64,000 nucleotides of DNA from Vicugna vicugna (Eukaryota). The translations under genes were made by a program, and so were the position numbers. The notes under the pieces were generated by a model, which saw only the letters and a program-made list of their open reading frames with translations, made no database searches and was not told where the DNA came from. This document shows, piece after piece, positions 24,517-37,433 of the stretch. Location: assembly GCA_013265495.1 (NCBI GenBank), contig MU058423.1, forward strand, positions 4,107,061-4,171,060. Direction: 5' to 3'. Numbering within the stretch: the first letter of the stretch is position 1; each line of letters opens with the position of its first letter.

Positions 24517-24846
24517 CAGTGCTGTCCAATAGAAATATAACACATGTGAGCCAAATACGTAACTAAAATATGTCCGGCAGCCACATTAGAAAAGCAAAGA
24601 GAAGCAGTTCAAGTCAATTCTAATAATATATTTTATTTAACACAGTCTGTCCAAAATATTATCATTCCAACATGTAGTCAATATGAAAACGATTAAAGAG
24701 AGAATTCACATTCTTTTCCCGTTTGTTTTGTACTCTTTGAAAACCAGTGAGTATCTTACATTCATAGGACATGTCACTGTGGACTAACCACAGTCAAGTG
24801 CTCAAAAGCCACAGGTCGCGAGTCGCTCTCAAATTGGCTAGCACAG
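24517..24846. mobile_element. MER33-like hAT-Charlie element, next to or within a MIR
   Basis: cagtgctgtccaatagaaatataa...aatatattttatttaac...aagtgctcaaaagccaca...ttggctagcacag. Confidence 0.8.
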
Positions 24847-26429
24847 GTGCCGAGGACAGGGTAGGGATGTAAATTAGGGCCCCGAGCAGCGAGAATTGTT
24901 CCCACAACCTAGGGAACCATACAATCAGAAAGACCTTTGCTCCTGACCTGATGCCTGTAACCTAGAATAGCCACAAAAATGAAACAAACCAGCCGGAAGT
25001 AAAGTGAGTTTGTGCCATTCAGTCCAAGTGTGTTCCAGTGTCACACACATTTTATTTTTTAAAATGTTAGGACAAATATGAAAAAGAAACAGTTTGAGCC
25101 CTTTCTAGCAAGATGTCTGTAACAGAGGAGCCAGAGTGGTTGTGCCTCTCACAACCCTGAGAACAGCCTCAGAACCCACGTTATTTCAGGCTTTTTCAGA
25201 ATGTGCTCATATTTCAGGTGACAGAATCTGACTAATGGGAGGGACTTAAATCTCTGTGGTAACATCCTCTAATAGGCAAGTGTCAAATCAACGTACTGCT
25301 ACCTGCCTGTGCCTACAGGTTGTTCTCACTGACTCAGTAACCCAGGTATGTGACTGTAAATGAAAATATGTTGTGTGCATCAAAGCGACAATTCACATGG
25401 AAATACATACACAGTCAGATTGAATGAAAAATGATATACATCCAATTGCCAGAGTTTAGTTATCACTTAATTGAAACTGACGATAAGATATGAGGCTTTT
25501 ATTATCAACATATTAATGCAAGTGCTTATTCAGAAACAGAGATTCTCCCAAGAGCTTTACTGGAACCAGTATCCTTCAAAGCCTAAAGGAAGGCTGACCC
25601 AGGGACGCAGGGGACGTGAACGTCCAGCAATCCTACATGCTGCCAAGAGAAACACACCAGAGCTGCCGAGACGCTTGGATCACCTGTCACTCATGCGACA
25701 CTCCTGACCTAGGTTATTTTCACTTTTACTTCATGCGGCTTCCACAATGACTATGACCGACTAATAAAATGTATTACCTTATCTACAAAAGGGAATACAG
25801 ATGCCCTGAGGAGAGATGAGGTCGGTACACAATGAAAAAAGAACTGATTGCTGGAAGACGTGCTTTCAAAAATACCTTTGTGTTATTTTCACTCATCCCC
25901 CATCAACAATTTATCATTTAAAGAAAACGTTCACAGTTCGGGTAAATCTTAACCTTAGGTTTTAGTGCAGTCATCCTTACACTTTCAGGCCTTTCATAAA
26001 TTAAATTTTAAAAAGAGAGAGAGTTTAATGGATCCTCTGCCCAGAAAAAAAACAAAAAAAACAAAAACATTTATACAGAAAATCTTACACCTAATTTGAA
26101 ACACCTCACGGCTAGAATCCCTCCACTGCCCTTCCCAAGTCTAGATGTAGACGTCCCATTTTTAAGTCACTTACTGGAATGTGTTGTGCTGGGTCTATCT
26201 GGCAGAATGAGAACCATCGGTCAGAATGCATTAAAGTTTTGACTGCTTTCCCAGTTATGAATTGTAATTACACAGGATGTAAACACGAGTTTAAGCGGTT
26301 GTAAAGTTGCTCCGATACTTGTCACACTATTAATTGAATAAACTAAATATTTAGCTGGGAGTCTTCATAATTAGGCATCAGCTAACTGAAGGATTCTTGC
26401 AAACATCATCATCCTATCCTTGGACACGC

Positions 26430-26488
26430 ATATATATATATATATATACATACACAATTTTACTTTTATATATATATATATATAAAAG
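26430..26488. repeat. Pair of (AT)n microsatellites
   Basis: Two AT runs separated by ~20 bp. Confidence 0.9.
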
Positions 26489-29400
26489 GGAGAGAAAAAG
26501 AGACAGAGAGTGATGACACTAATCTCTTGCCTTTAGGTGTTTAACACACCACTAAAGCCAAAACAATTATTCAGGGCTTCGTGGGGTAGGCACGGCCGGT
26601 AACCAGCAAAATGCTATTTCCTTGGAGAATGTTTTCTTGCCACGTTTCACACGGGTAGAGGGAAAATCATTCCCCCACAGGAGCAGCCCCTCCTTCAGAG
26701 CAAAATACAAACGAACAAAAATGACATTATGCTCTTGCCTGCCTGGGGCAAAAAGAATCACCTATTCTTAACAGGACTTCAGGTGTGTGATTTTCTGCCA
26801 TTTTCTTTCTTTTATTAGATTAGAATGACTCTCCCTGGTAAGAGCAGGGCAGGGCGGCTGGAGGATACACACCAGGTGCGTTACGTCTTTAACATAACTT
26901 GACACATTCTCGCCACGCAGGAATTTCGGTGTCTATTCAGACAGATGTAGAAAGAGTAGTAATTATTTTTTTCTTTCTTCCAGTCACGTTTTTTTTTCCC
27001 CTCATAGAATTCATAGTTCACTAATTAAATAATAGTTAAAAGTGATGCCTCTGAAAAAAAAAAAAGGGACTAGGCTAAGAAATGATAATATTTTTACTTC
27101 CAATTCTCTGCAGTTTGCTCCAGCCAGCCTAGCTAAATCTTTAGTGTTAACATAATTAGGTCTTGCAGAATAATGGTCCATTTTACCAGCTATCATTTCA
27201 GGTTAATAAAAACATCACATAATTTTAAATGTTACTATTCCATTTTAAGTCAGTCATCAATTAAAAAGAGCTGTTGGGTGATGGGAGAAGGCGAGGGAGG
27301 GGGGAATTCCAGCATTTGTTAAATGCTCAATTGTATATATTTAAACAATAACCCCCAAAATCATATAAATCTTCTTGGGGGATTGTTTCAGGACCCATTC
27401 TAAAAATGTACTAGGGACAGAATTTTTCTGCCATAATAGATCTCAAATAACTGCATTTTTCAATATTAATATAAGTTTTTCACAGATGTGATTTTCTCAT
27501 TTCTAGTTAAATGAAATAACATGATTTATACAGGGGATATGTCTGTTTCTTAGTTATTTGATTCTTCAGATGCAAAATGAAGATGGTAATATGTGAGTCA
27601 CACCTTACCAGGTGTTGTAAAGAGTAAAAATTCTCCATGTTCCCAAGACTGTTGGTGGAAATTCAAAATATGACAGTTGGCATCCTTAATTCTTTCTGAC
27701 ATCGTATTATGTTTATGTGCAGTTTATACTGGGAATTTATTGGCATCTGTCTTAGGTAACGACTAAAAGGAAAAACTTCTTTTGGTGTTAAAAAGTGAAA
27801 ATATAGTTCAAAGTGAAAAATTCTTCTATATGGAAATGGTCAGAACTGTCAGAATATTTGGGTCAAATGAACATTTGATATTCCTTAAAAAGAAAATTGA
27901 TCAGAATCTAGTCCTGACTTCCTGAGGCAATGAAAGAACTGTTCATAGTCAGATACCTGGACCCAAACTCTAGGGGTGTTCTCTAGCTCTGTTTTTCATT
28001 CCTATATATCATTAAGGCTACCCAATTAAATCCCCCCCAAATCCTAGAGTTTTACTCAGTTACTTAGATTGTTCTAACGCTTATTGATGAAGACTAGGAA
28101 TAAAAACAGTGGGTAGGAAATTCTAGTTCAGATTTCTGAAGCTGAAGCTTTAAGTTGCACCAGATCATAATTACACAGACCTCCACACATAACAAATATA
28201 CAGAGTGTGTAGTTCAAAGTTCCCCCGTATTGTGTGCAATCCTGCGAGCAGAGAAACTGTTAAATGGTAATTTGTTTAGCATCAACAACAGATGAGGTAC
28301 AACATTTCCATGTAGCAAAGAGCACCCCGTCTCAGAATGTGGGATCCTTACCTCCCAGGAACACTGGGTTATTGATGGCGGAGCATGAAGATGACGGGAC
28401 AAAGGATCTGACTTCAGGGTTTCCTCACACCTGCCCCAGTCCATCCAAACCTTCTTATTTTCAGTAAGAAGACAGGTTGGAGAGAAAGTGAGGTGGAGCA
28501 TTAACTACAGGAACGGCTGAACTGTAACCCATATGCCTTCTCCCAGCCTGTACCTGAGTGAGTGATTTCTGCACGGCACCCCATGCAATGTTCATCTTCA
28601 GGCAGACCCACCAGGCAGGGGCCAGGAGAATAGTACCAGTGGAAGCCCACAGGCCATGTGTATAAATGTTTGTAAGTTATACATGAAGCTAAATTAGTAT
28701 TAAGTAAAATACGTCGCACCCTGCTGCTTTGATGCAAATGCTTTCAGAACCACTGGAAGCTCAGGTATAGGTTTAGCATCTCTGGACTGCCAAGAGTTCT
28801 GTGTTCGACCCTCGCCCTGAGGCAGCCCGACTCTACCTCGCTCCCACCGCTTGGCCCCTTCTGTCCACCCCTGAGCTCTGATTTTCACTGCAAGGAGCCT
28901 CCTTTCACTCGCATGTGAGTTCCCCATCATAGACTCCCAGGTCCAAGTCACTGTCTATCCGCACATGTTCATCCTTCACTAACTCTTGTGCTCAAGGACG
29001 TGCACTCATGATGCTGCCTGCCTTCAGGAACTGGACCCCCAGAAGAGGTACTCACACCCTAAAAGTGGGGAGAGGACACCTGTGTAGGGAATTCTGAGTT
29101 TCTGGCTACTGAGAGAAAGTGGGAGAAAGGTCAGAATGGGCCCCTTTAAGTAAGGGCCCCTCTCTGCTGGGACTAAAGTCCCCCTCCAGGCTGTGTACAG
29201 GGTCAGAAACACATCAGCCCCACATCATCACAGGGCAGTCTAATTACTTTCCTATAAATATCAACACTTTCTATATAGCTGAACTTTGGGACCAAGATTC
29301 CTTTGAAGTTTTATATTCATCTATGGTGTTGATGGAAGGAACTGTACTTGTATTTTATGATAAAGTTGATAGATTAACTCATATATAAGACTATATTAAC

Positions 29401-31229
29401 CAACCCTAAGGGTTAATCCAAGTGGAGACTGAGCAAGAATTAGGACCTTAAATATATGAGCAACTTGGTAGCCATTTTTCACCCCAATCCTGCTCTTAGA
29501 CATAATATTGTAGATGGTATAAGCTTTCCAAGAATGCTAGAAAGAATCAGGCAAATCAAATCCACTGATTTGGGGTTTTGTCAAAGTAATACACTCTTTA
29601 GAAGAATTTGAGAATCCAGATTAAAAAGAACATTTCATTTCCACTTGTTATATACCTAAAAGTGAATTTATTTAAAAGCAGATCACATCACTTCAGGAAA
29701 TTCAGAAAACTATATCTAAACACACTGAAAGCAAGATATCCCCTCATTAATTTAGATTCTTACAGCTCCATAAAGATAAAATGCAGATGAATTGACTTGG
29801 ATCAGGCCTTCATTAAATTCTAGAGTTAGCTTTTGGAATACCACGTACTGAAACGTGCAGTCTGATTCCTGAGCATTGTGACAAAGCCATGAGTGGGTAA
29901 TGATAAAGTGCATCGTTGCTGGAGATAACACAGTCTGCCTTTGGTTTGTGCTAATAAACTACAAGACAACTTAAATTCCAATTTTAATATTAGAAATCCA
30001 CCTCATTATAAGTAATCTCAAACTCTGCGTGTTATCAGCATTTCCATGTGTAGTCTTTGGTGAGCCTGAAATATAATTTGCTGTTTATGCTTCTAATGTA
30101 AATCTCCAATTTCTGCTTGGCCACTCTGGCACTAAGCCAGAGCTCTAATTTATTTCCATCTTTTCTTATTTCTTACATCAAAAGAGACTGTGGGCTTGAA
30201 TAACAAACATTCAATCGACTTAGACGTGGGGTGGCAGGCAGCACAGGCATTACCTGCTTACCTTTTATTGCCTTCTTTGAATTGGCTTTTCTGGGAACAA
30301 AACCAATAAGACACGCTGTTCCTTCATCTAGCTTTTACAGAGGGTATTTATCAGAAGACATCCCCACCCCTCCTCCATCCAGCAAGGCGTGGTGGCAGGT
30401 GAAGAAGTCAGACTGGAAGCAGGCTTCAGACCCAACACTCCCATAGGTTATTGCTCTACCAAGTCATGCAGGACTTCATTTCCTTTATACTCTGGCTTGG
30501 TTTGATAACTGTTTTTGATTCCAGGCGATGCTGCTGCTAACACATTGGTAACCTGGAGGCCAGCAGTGCGCTGGGAATGGAATACACACTGCTTTAGCCA
30601 CTTTGAAACTTTGCAATGATTCTCCCCAACCTCCTTGCCTTGTTGTCTTGCACAGTAATTGGCCTAATAAAAGGCAGAAAGAAGAACTTATTACACCTTG
30701 GGTGGTACTTAAAACAAACTTTATTCTCAGGAGCAGCAGTTATGTCTACTTGCTGCTGTATATTTTGATATTTCCTATAAATACTTAGTCTGAATATATT
30801 CAAAGTCAAATTGCTAATCACTCAGTTTCCCTGCGACTTTCCTGGTTCCCCAGGTTGCTTCTTATGATACTCCATGTAAACACTGTAAGTGGAAAGATAC
30901 ATAGATCAGCATCCCTAGAGTCACACGATCACATCAATCTGTGAAAACAGCATGACTTAAAAATAAAAGTCTCTTAGTACTCTGCCAACAGGCTTTGGCA
31001 TAATCTTGGCAATCACTTAATTTTTTTTTTTTTGCTGTTATAATTTTTCCCAAGTGGAAATAGTCCCATATTTTGCAGAAGTTGTCCAAGCTAGTGAACA
31101 TCAATCCATCGTCCTGGGCACTAAATTCGTCAGCTGAGTGTATTCAGTCCACACAGAAATCAGTAAAGTGAGTGTGAATCTGCTTGGTGGCTGCTCCTTT
31201 CATCTTAAGAAACTGCAATACAATTTCCT

Positions 31230-32261
31230 GAAATCGTTTATGCAGGAATTTTTATTCTTTAAATCTTCCAGTGTTAAAGCAACAAGAAAACACTTAGAAT
31301 GTCCTTTGGTGGAATCTTATTACAAGTGTTATATATGTAAACTTATATTCTTTGATGCCAGCAAGTTCGTTGCCCTTACAGAGAAATCTCTGCACAGTGA
31401 AACAAAAACAGAACGGAAGAGGACAAAATAAAACGTCAGTCTTTGCTGATTCGAATTAGATACATCAACAGATTGTCTGGTAACACAAATTGGCAAGAAT
31501 ACAAAAAATCTACATATTACAGTATTTCAAGAAAAATAACTTCATTTGAATACAAAAGGATAGATACACTTTCTTTTTTCCTATAGCCACTCTTGGACAG
31601 TGGATGTGTGCTCGCACTGGGACGTCTCAGCGCTGCTAAGATACATGGGGTATGACTGGCTTGAGCTTTTGGAGGGGGCTGTTACACATGTGCATTACTA
31701 ACATCAGACAAAGAAATCTTTCAACCAACAAGGGTTACAGAGCAACGTTCACTAAAGCACAGGTTGGAAGGGATTCAGGGACTGAAGCAGGCCAATATGG
31801 CAGCTTGAAACAGACTTCCTTAGACCCACATTGCACTGCCAGCAAAGAAGGCTTCCGTTTGGTTGGTCCGCACGCGGGCCGGGCGGAGCTGGGGCGCACC
31901 ACGTGGGAGGAGCGAATGTTTTTAGGTTGGTTGCCTTCTTGTCGGTGGTTGCTGTTTTGTCTTTCCCGTTTGGGGGCTGTCTCAGCCTTTCCCGTCGGTG
32001 ATGCGCTCTGCAGCTGGCAATGTGATTTTCAGTGATATTATCAACAGCTGCCCACTCCTCTAGGGTCAGATATGAACAGTCTTGACTCGGGTGTGCTGTC
32101 CACGGCTGATAAATATGGCTTAGTTCAGTCAGGCCTTCTTCGTTTGTACACTGTGTTTGAGTGGGGGTGTCTGAGGGTGGGTTTCCTATGTTAGTAGCAA
32201 ATGCTGGGGTTGTGTTCCCCACCGCGCACGGCCCGGCCCGTCAGGTGGCTGGATGCGCCGC
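31230..32261 (-). other. NTNG1: NTNG1 3'UTR to the proximal poly(A) signal (may extend further)
   Basis: Directly follows the stop codon, has no recognisable repeats, and has a U-rich distal part on the minus strand ending near an AATAAA. Confidence 0.75.
31251..31256 (-). terminator. NTNG1: Candidate proximal polyadenylation signal AATAAA of NTNG1
   Basis: Plus-strand tttatt equals minus-strand AATAAA, ~1 kb downstream of the stop codon, with U/GU-rich sequence following. Confidence 0.6.
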
Positions 32262-32540
32262 CTACATCCCCAAGGGGCCGGCTGTCCCCAGCAGAGCAGG
32301 CGGCAGCAGCAGCGGCAGCAGCAGTAGCGCGGGGCAGCCACGCGGGGGCGCCCCCTGGCCCGAGTCGGAGCTGCAGCTGCCCGCCTCCTCGCACCGCAGC
32401 TTCTCGCACAGGATGCCCGTGTACGCGGCCGGGCACAGGCAGCGCACGTTGTTGTGGCACGTCCCTCCGTTCTGGCAGTGCAGGAGCTCATTGTCGCAGA
32501 CATTCGCTGCAGAACGAGGGAGGAGGGGCGCGGGGAGGAG
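32200..32540. promoter_or_regulatory. CpG island overlapping the NTNG1 last exon
   Basis: Very GC- and CpG-dense stretch compared with the AT-rich flanks. Confidence 0.75.
32262..32506 (-). CDS. NTNG1: Netrin-G1, last coding exon (EGF-like domain + C-terminal GPI-anchor signal)
   Basis: Minus-strand translation (P)NVCDNELLHCQNGGTCHNNVRCLCPAAYTGILCEKLRCEEAGSCSSDSGQGAPPRGCPALLLLPLLLPPALLGTAGPLGM* matches the netrin-G1 C-terminus as I recall it. There is a canonical acceptor (ccctcgttctgcAG|CGAATGTC, AG at 32508-32507), phase 1, and a TAG stop at 32264-32262. Confidence 0.97.
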
Positions 32541-32560
32541 AAGCAGAATCAATTTAAGTT
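32507..32560 (-). promoter_or_regulatory. NTNG1: 3' splice site (C-rich polypyrimidine tract + AG) of the NTNG1 last exon
   Basis: Minus strand reads aacttaaattgattctgcttctcctccccgcgcccctcctccctcgttctgcag, directly upstream of the coding exon. Confidence 0.9.
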
Positions 32561-33678
32561 CATCTGGTACATCGTGTTTTCAGCTTAAAAAAAAGAAATC
32601 TCTATTGATCTTGCGCTCCCCCCTCCCCTCCGCAAACTAAGCATGTACTCCAATTTCGAAACAAATGTAGTTTGCTGCCTTTGTTTTGATCATATTAGTC
32701 CTTTTCATATAGATTTTTTGCTGCAATATTGTATATTATCATTGTCCATTTCGAGCTATCAAATACAAAGTAATGTGACACTCCTGGTTTGGCAGTATCT
32801 TCTCTTCGTGGAACTGGGACCTGTTGTGACCTCCAGGGTTTTTCAAGGATAGTGCCTTGATACAAGAATGCAGAGCTTTCAAGCCAGATGAATGGAATTA
32901 AAATGCAAAGCCGTATTGCTAACATAACCAAGAACCTCTAAGGGGTGGGCCATTCTCCCTGCAGGTGATTCCAGCGCTGCATGCAGGAGGGCGGAGCGAA
33001 CCGGCAAGCATGAGGAGGGAGGGGTGGCGCAGAGGGCAGGCAGCATGCTCTGGGCAAGGCAGCAGTCAGATCCGAAGAGAAAAAGCTTTTCATGGGAGCA
33101 ATGTGAGGAAGAGCAGTCACATTTGCTCCTGACAGCCTATTAGGATATTTATCACCTTGTCAGTATAGCAAGTAGAGTCCAAGGTTACCTTGATTTCCAG
33201 GAATAATAATAAATGCAATGGTGAAACCCTGATTACCAAAATTTCACTATGTCCACCAATTAATAGAATCAATTTGAATAAATCAAGCAAGCAATTCCAG
33301 GTACTAAAATTCATTCACGGCCCCTGCCATGTAACTTTCGTCTCTAATAATTTCTTACTTCTTCAAAAATCTGACTATCCTCATTAATTCCATGTCTCTT
33401 GTTCTTTTAGATAATCAAGGTTTCACTGATTTAGCAGAATGATAAATAGGACCCAGGGAAATTAAAACAACACCAAACACGAAAAGAGCCAAGAACACTT
33501 CCCAGCAACATACGCCGCTTTAAGCACTTAATAGAAAGAAACACTCTGGAACGGGGCGGAGGGCGTGGGGGGGGGGGCGTGGCGCAGAGCAGAAAAAGCA
33601 TCTTCTTATAAATTATAACTGTTTTATTTTTTAAAAATGTCCTAGTCAAATTTCCCCAGGGATACCACATGAATTAAG

Positions 33679-33702
33679 CACACACACACACACACACACA
33701 CA
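33679..33702 (+). repeat. (CA)12 microsatellite
   Basis: Perfect CA run read directly. Confidence 0.95.
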
Positions 33703-35239
33703 CTTAATATTACTATCATGTATAACATATTAAAAAAAAAAACTCCCAAGTAATAATTCAATAGAGAATATTGCCTTGTCCATTACTCATGTTCAATAGT
33801 CATGTCACCTTCAAAAGAAGCTTCTTACATGCAAACATGCTAATGCTCTGTGTGTAGATGAGCTGAGAAAAGATGGTGGTGGATGCTCACAGAGTTAATA
33901 ACAAAGTGCCCTAAACAGGGCCCTGTTTTCCCACCTTCCACAACAACAATTCCTTGGCGACGGCTAACATAGTTGCATAATGGATTGGTATAATTTTCAA
34001 ACGTACCCCGACTTGCTATCTGTAAATATCAGAAGTGACTATTAAGGCCTGTGAACACCTTCAGGGTCGAAATATTGATATGCAAGGTAGTGTTTCGGGG
34101 GTTCTAATGATTATGTAAGCCGCCTCTCATTGGGTGGCCTAGAAATCATGAGTATTAGTCTCAAATTATAGTATTTAATGTGTCATGGCTAAAAATGTCA
34201 AGATCTGTAGCTTTGAAGCAAAGTCGACAAGGGCAGAGTGGTGAAACTCATGGTCAAACCTGACCAAAAAAAAAAAACCCTCCTTCTTTTGGTGGTTCTT
34301 AATTTGAGAAGCATACACAGGCTTTCAGGATTTTGTTTTGCTTACACTTTAGGAAATATCTGTTTAATTGGGTCAACATGGAATAAACAGATCCAAATAA
34401 CTGTTTCCATTTACAGTTAAAGATCCTCAGCATTTCTTGTCCCAGGCAGCAGACTGCTGAGTGGGGTATTTCCTTTCACTTAGTCACCGGACATAGGGAA
34501 ATATCGTTTCCATCAATATCGATAATTGCTTGCCTTGAATAATTGAGAAGAAATCAATAGTTAATTAAATATCACTCCCTTAAAAAAAAAAAAGCTGTTT
34601 TTCTTCTTCTTGGATCTGAATGTAAATCAGTTGTGGAACAGAGGTTTCTTTTTTCCCAAGAAGCCAGTGATTAAGTTAAAATTCAACACCTTTCCTACAT
34701 TTAAATAATCTACTAGTCGATATTGATGATTGTGAGAAATTTAATAAATATTCAAGGACCCGATTAGCCCAGGATTAATAATCTCAACACTTGGGGGAAT
34801 ATATTTCTGTAAGAGATAAGCAGGAAAAAAAATGAAACCTGCAATATATTTCATTACTTTAGAATTCACTAGAAGACATATTACAGTTGGCCTCTTGATT
34901 GTGCTATTCAACAAATATAGAACTTTAATCATATGCACTCTCTGTTGGAACCATGTGCTAGAAGCACATTCAATTCTAACTACTAACCTTACCTGCTGTT
35001 CATAAACTTATGTTCCATCTTCATGTCACTTTGAACCAAATTTGTTGTACTTAATGAATAAACTAGATAGTTAACAAATATCACTGAGTTCTTCTTCAGC
35101 AGATGAAACCTTGTACTACACATCACGAAAAAAATGAAAGAAATAGAAAGCGTGATCTCTGCTCTTATAAAGTTCAAGTCTGGTTGGGAGGATAAAATAT
35201 ATGTAAGAAATGATCTAATATTACTTTCATTAAAATGCT

Positions 35240-37010
35240 TTTATCATTTCCATCCAGCTCAACCAACCTCTGCTGTATGCCAGGCACTGTGCTAGATTAT
35301 ATGCTTGTAACTACCTGCCCTAAAGGTGCTCACAGTTTTGTAGAAAACAAACAAATAAATGAACATGTATGGAAGTAATTATAATACAATATATAAAAAA
35401 AAAGACTGTAAAGGAAGTGTTTGCAAACTGCTAGGGGAACTCAGATGCTGGTGTAAATGATTGTTTATATGGGGGGGAGATGAGAGGAGAGCATAAAAAG
35501 GAGATTGTATGTGAACAACGGCACGCATCAGGCAGATGCTGGTAGAAAGAACACTAGGGGTCAGGAAATTGCACGAGTAAAGGCAAGGAGACGTGAAAGT
35601 ACATTGTGCTGGCTATTAAGCCTTTGTCTCTCAACTCTAAATCCACCTTTCCTTCTGATGTTGAGGCTGGAACCCTGCAAGCGGTCTCCTGTTTCCACCA
35701 ACAGGGTGCACTAGAGAGAACAGAGAAGGTAGGGGAAGGAAGCAGAGAACTCCATTTTCCTGATTCATGGCTCTTCTTAAGAGTACGCCCCAGCAATGAC
35801 ACTACATCCCAACAGCAGCTGTTGGTCCCAGGGCTCAGCTTTTTCAGAACCAGTTTCATCTCATCCTTAGAGGTTTCTGCACCAGCCTGGCGGCATTCCC
35901 CCTCTGGAGGTTTGAGCCCCAGCTCCAAGGGGCTGATGCCCGGCATTTCAGAGGTACTAGCAGCAGCCAGGTATTATCTCTCCTAAGAGGTACAGGTCCC
36001 ACATTTTGGGGTCTCTCCTCCAAACCTTTAGTTTCTAATAACTCCCTCCTCTTTCCTGTAATTCCTCAGCCTGAGTGATAACTGCTTCCTGCTTACACAG
36101 TTACTATTTCTGAGTGACTTCAGTGCCCTCTTCTCCTGTTTAAATTCTAAAGCACCTGTTTAAGCATTTCCTTTAATAAATTCTCTCTGTTGAAGTACCT
36201 GGAGTGGGTTCAGTTTTCCAACTAGAGCCTGAGAGAGAGATACGTGGAACACGCTGGTGAGTGATGAATAAGGAAGGAATGGTGTGGCTAGAATGTTGGA
36301 TGTGCACAGTGGAGATGGAACTAGAAAGGCAGGCTGTGGCCATGCTGCAGAGTTTAGATAAAAGACAATACGGGAAGCTGTCAAACAACTATGAGAAGAG
36401 CGGTGATTTAAAGGGGGAGGAAAGGTGAGGCTAGGCCAGAGAAAGGATGCAAGGTGACCAGGCACTTCAACAAAACGGGCTTGGTTCAGGTTAGAGCAGT
36501 GGAGAGAGGGAAGAAGGAACAGCTTTGGAGACAGATTATTTGAAAGAAGAAAGAGAGATTCTAAGGTTCCTGTTTTTGGCTTTTGGATGAATCATGATGT
36601 AACTTATTAAGAAAGGAACGTTGGAGGAAGGATTTGATCAGGGAAGAAAATAAACTTTTTTTTTTGGACTTAGTGGCTTGGAGAGATCTGCAGGTTTTTC
36701 TGCAGGCGTCTTGGTATTAGCTGTAAAAACTAGTTAACAGTTCAGGAAGTAGGTCCTCCTGGAGATACAGATTTGGAGCAGAGTGATGGTGGTCATTGTT
36801 ACAAAGAGTGAAGAGAAAAGAAGAGACGACCTCATCCTGCTAGAATATAGATTTAGGAGAAATGAAGACTGCAGAGAGAAACCTGTAGAACATCAGCATT
36901 TAAGTCTTAGGAAGAGACAGAAAGACCACGAACAATGAGAAAAAGGGTGTCAACAAAATGCAGTGATCACATGAAGTCATAAAATTAATCACAGAAGTCT
37001 CCCTGCTACA
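35240..37010 (-). mobile_element. L2 fragment split by the LTR at 35605-36243
   Basis: tgtatgccaggcactgtgctaga...ctgccctaaaggtgctcacagt, then purine-rich L2-like sequence at 36260-37010. Confidence 0.6.
35605..36243 (+). mobile_element. Ancient ERVL LTR (LTR41/LTR40-like) inserted in an L2
   Basis: 5' end tgtgctggctatt..tctcaactctaaatccacc and 3' end aataaattctctctgttgaagtacctggagtgggtt, flanked on both sides by reverse-L2 sequence. Confidence 0.6.
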
Positions 37011-37216
37011 TATAGTTGGCTGTATCCAGGAATAAATAGACAAACTGGAAAAGCATAAGAGGAAAGGCACTTTGAGTTGAGTAAAGGAGATATGCAAAAT
37101 AAGCATTGCGTGTTCTAAATTGAATCTGACAGAAGGGATTTTAGAATAATTAGAAAAAGGATTGGAGGCATTTGAGGAATTAACATTTAATACAGGTCTT
37201 TGGTTGTCAGTCTAAA

Positions 37217-37433
37217 GTAGTGGTTTTCAACAGTGGATGGTTTTTGTCTCCCAGGGGACATCTGACAATGTCTGCAGATGTGTTTGGTTGTCATACCTCG
37301 GGGGAGGGGATGCTACTGGCTTTTAGTGGGCAGAGGCCAGAGATACTGCTAAATAGCCTGCACTGTACAGGGCAGCCCCCACAACAGAGAATTACTCCTC
37401 AATTAATGTTGGTGATAAAATGTTGAAGGCCTG
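37217..37433. mobile_element. MER20 hAT-Charlie MITE
   Basis: agtggttttcaac...cccaggggacatctgacaatgtctgcaga...gggcagaggccagagatactgctaaa...gggcagcccccacaacagagaatta. Confidence 0.88.

Noticed and set aside
32161..32640. Antisense and alternative-frame ORFs over the NTNG1 exon
   Set aside because: These are shadows of a GC-rich coding exon.
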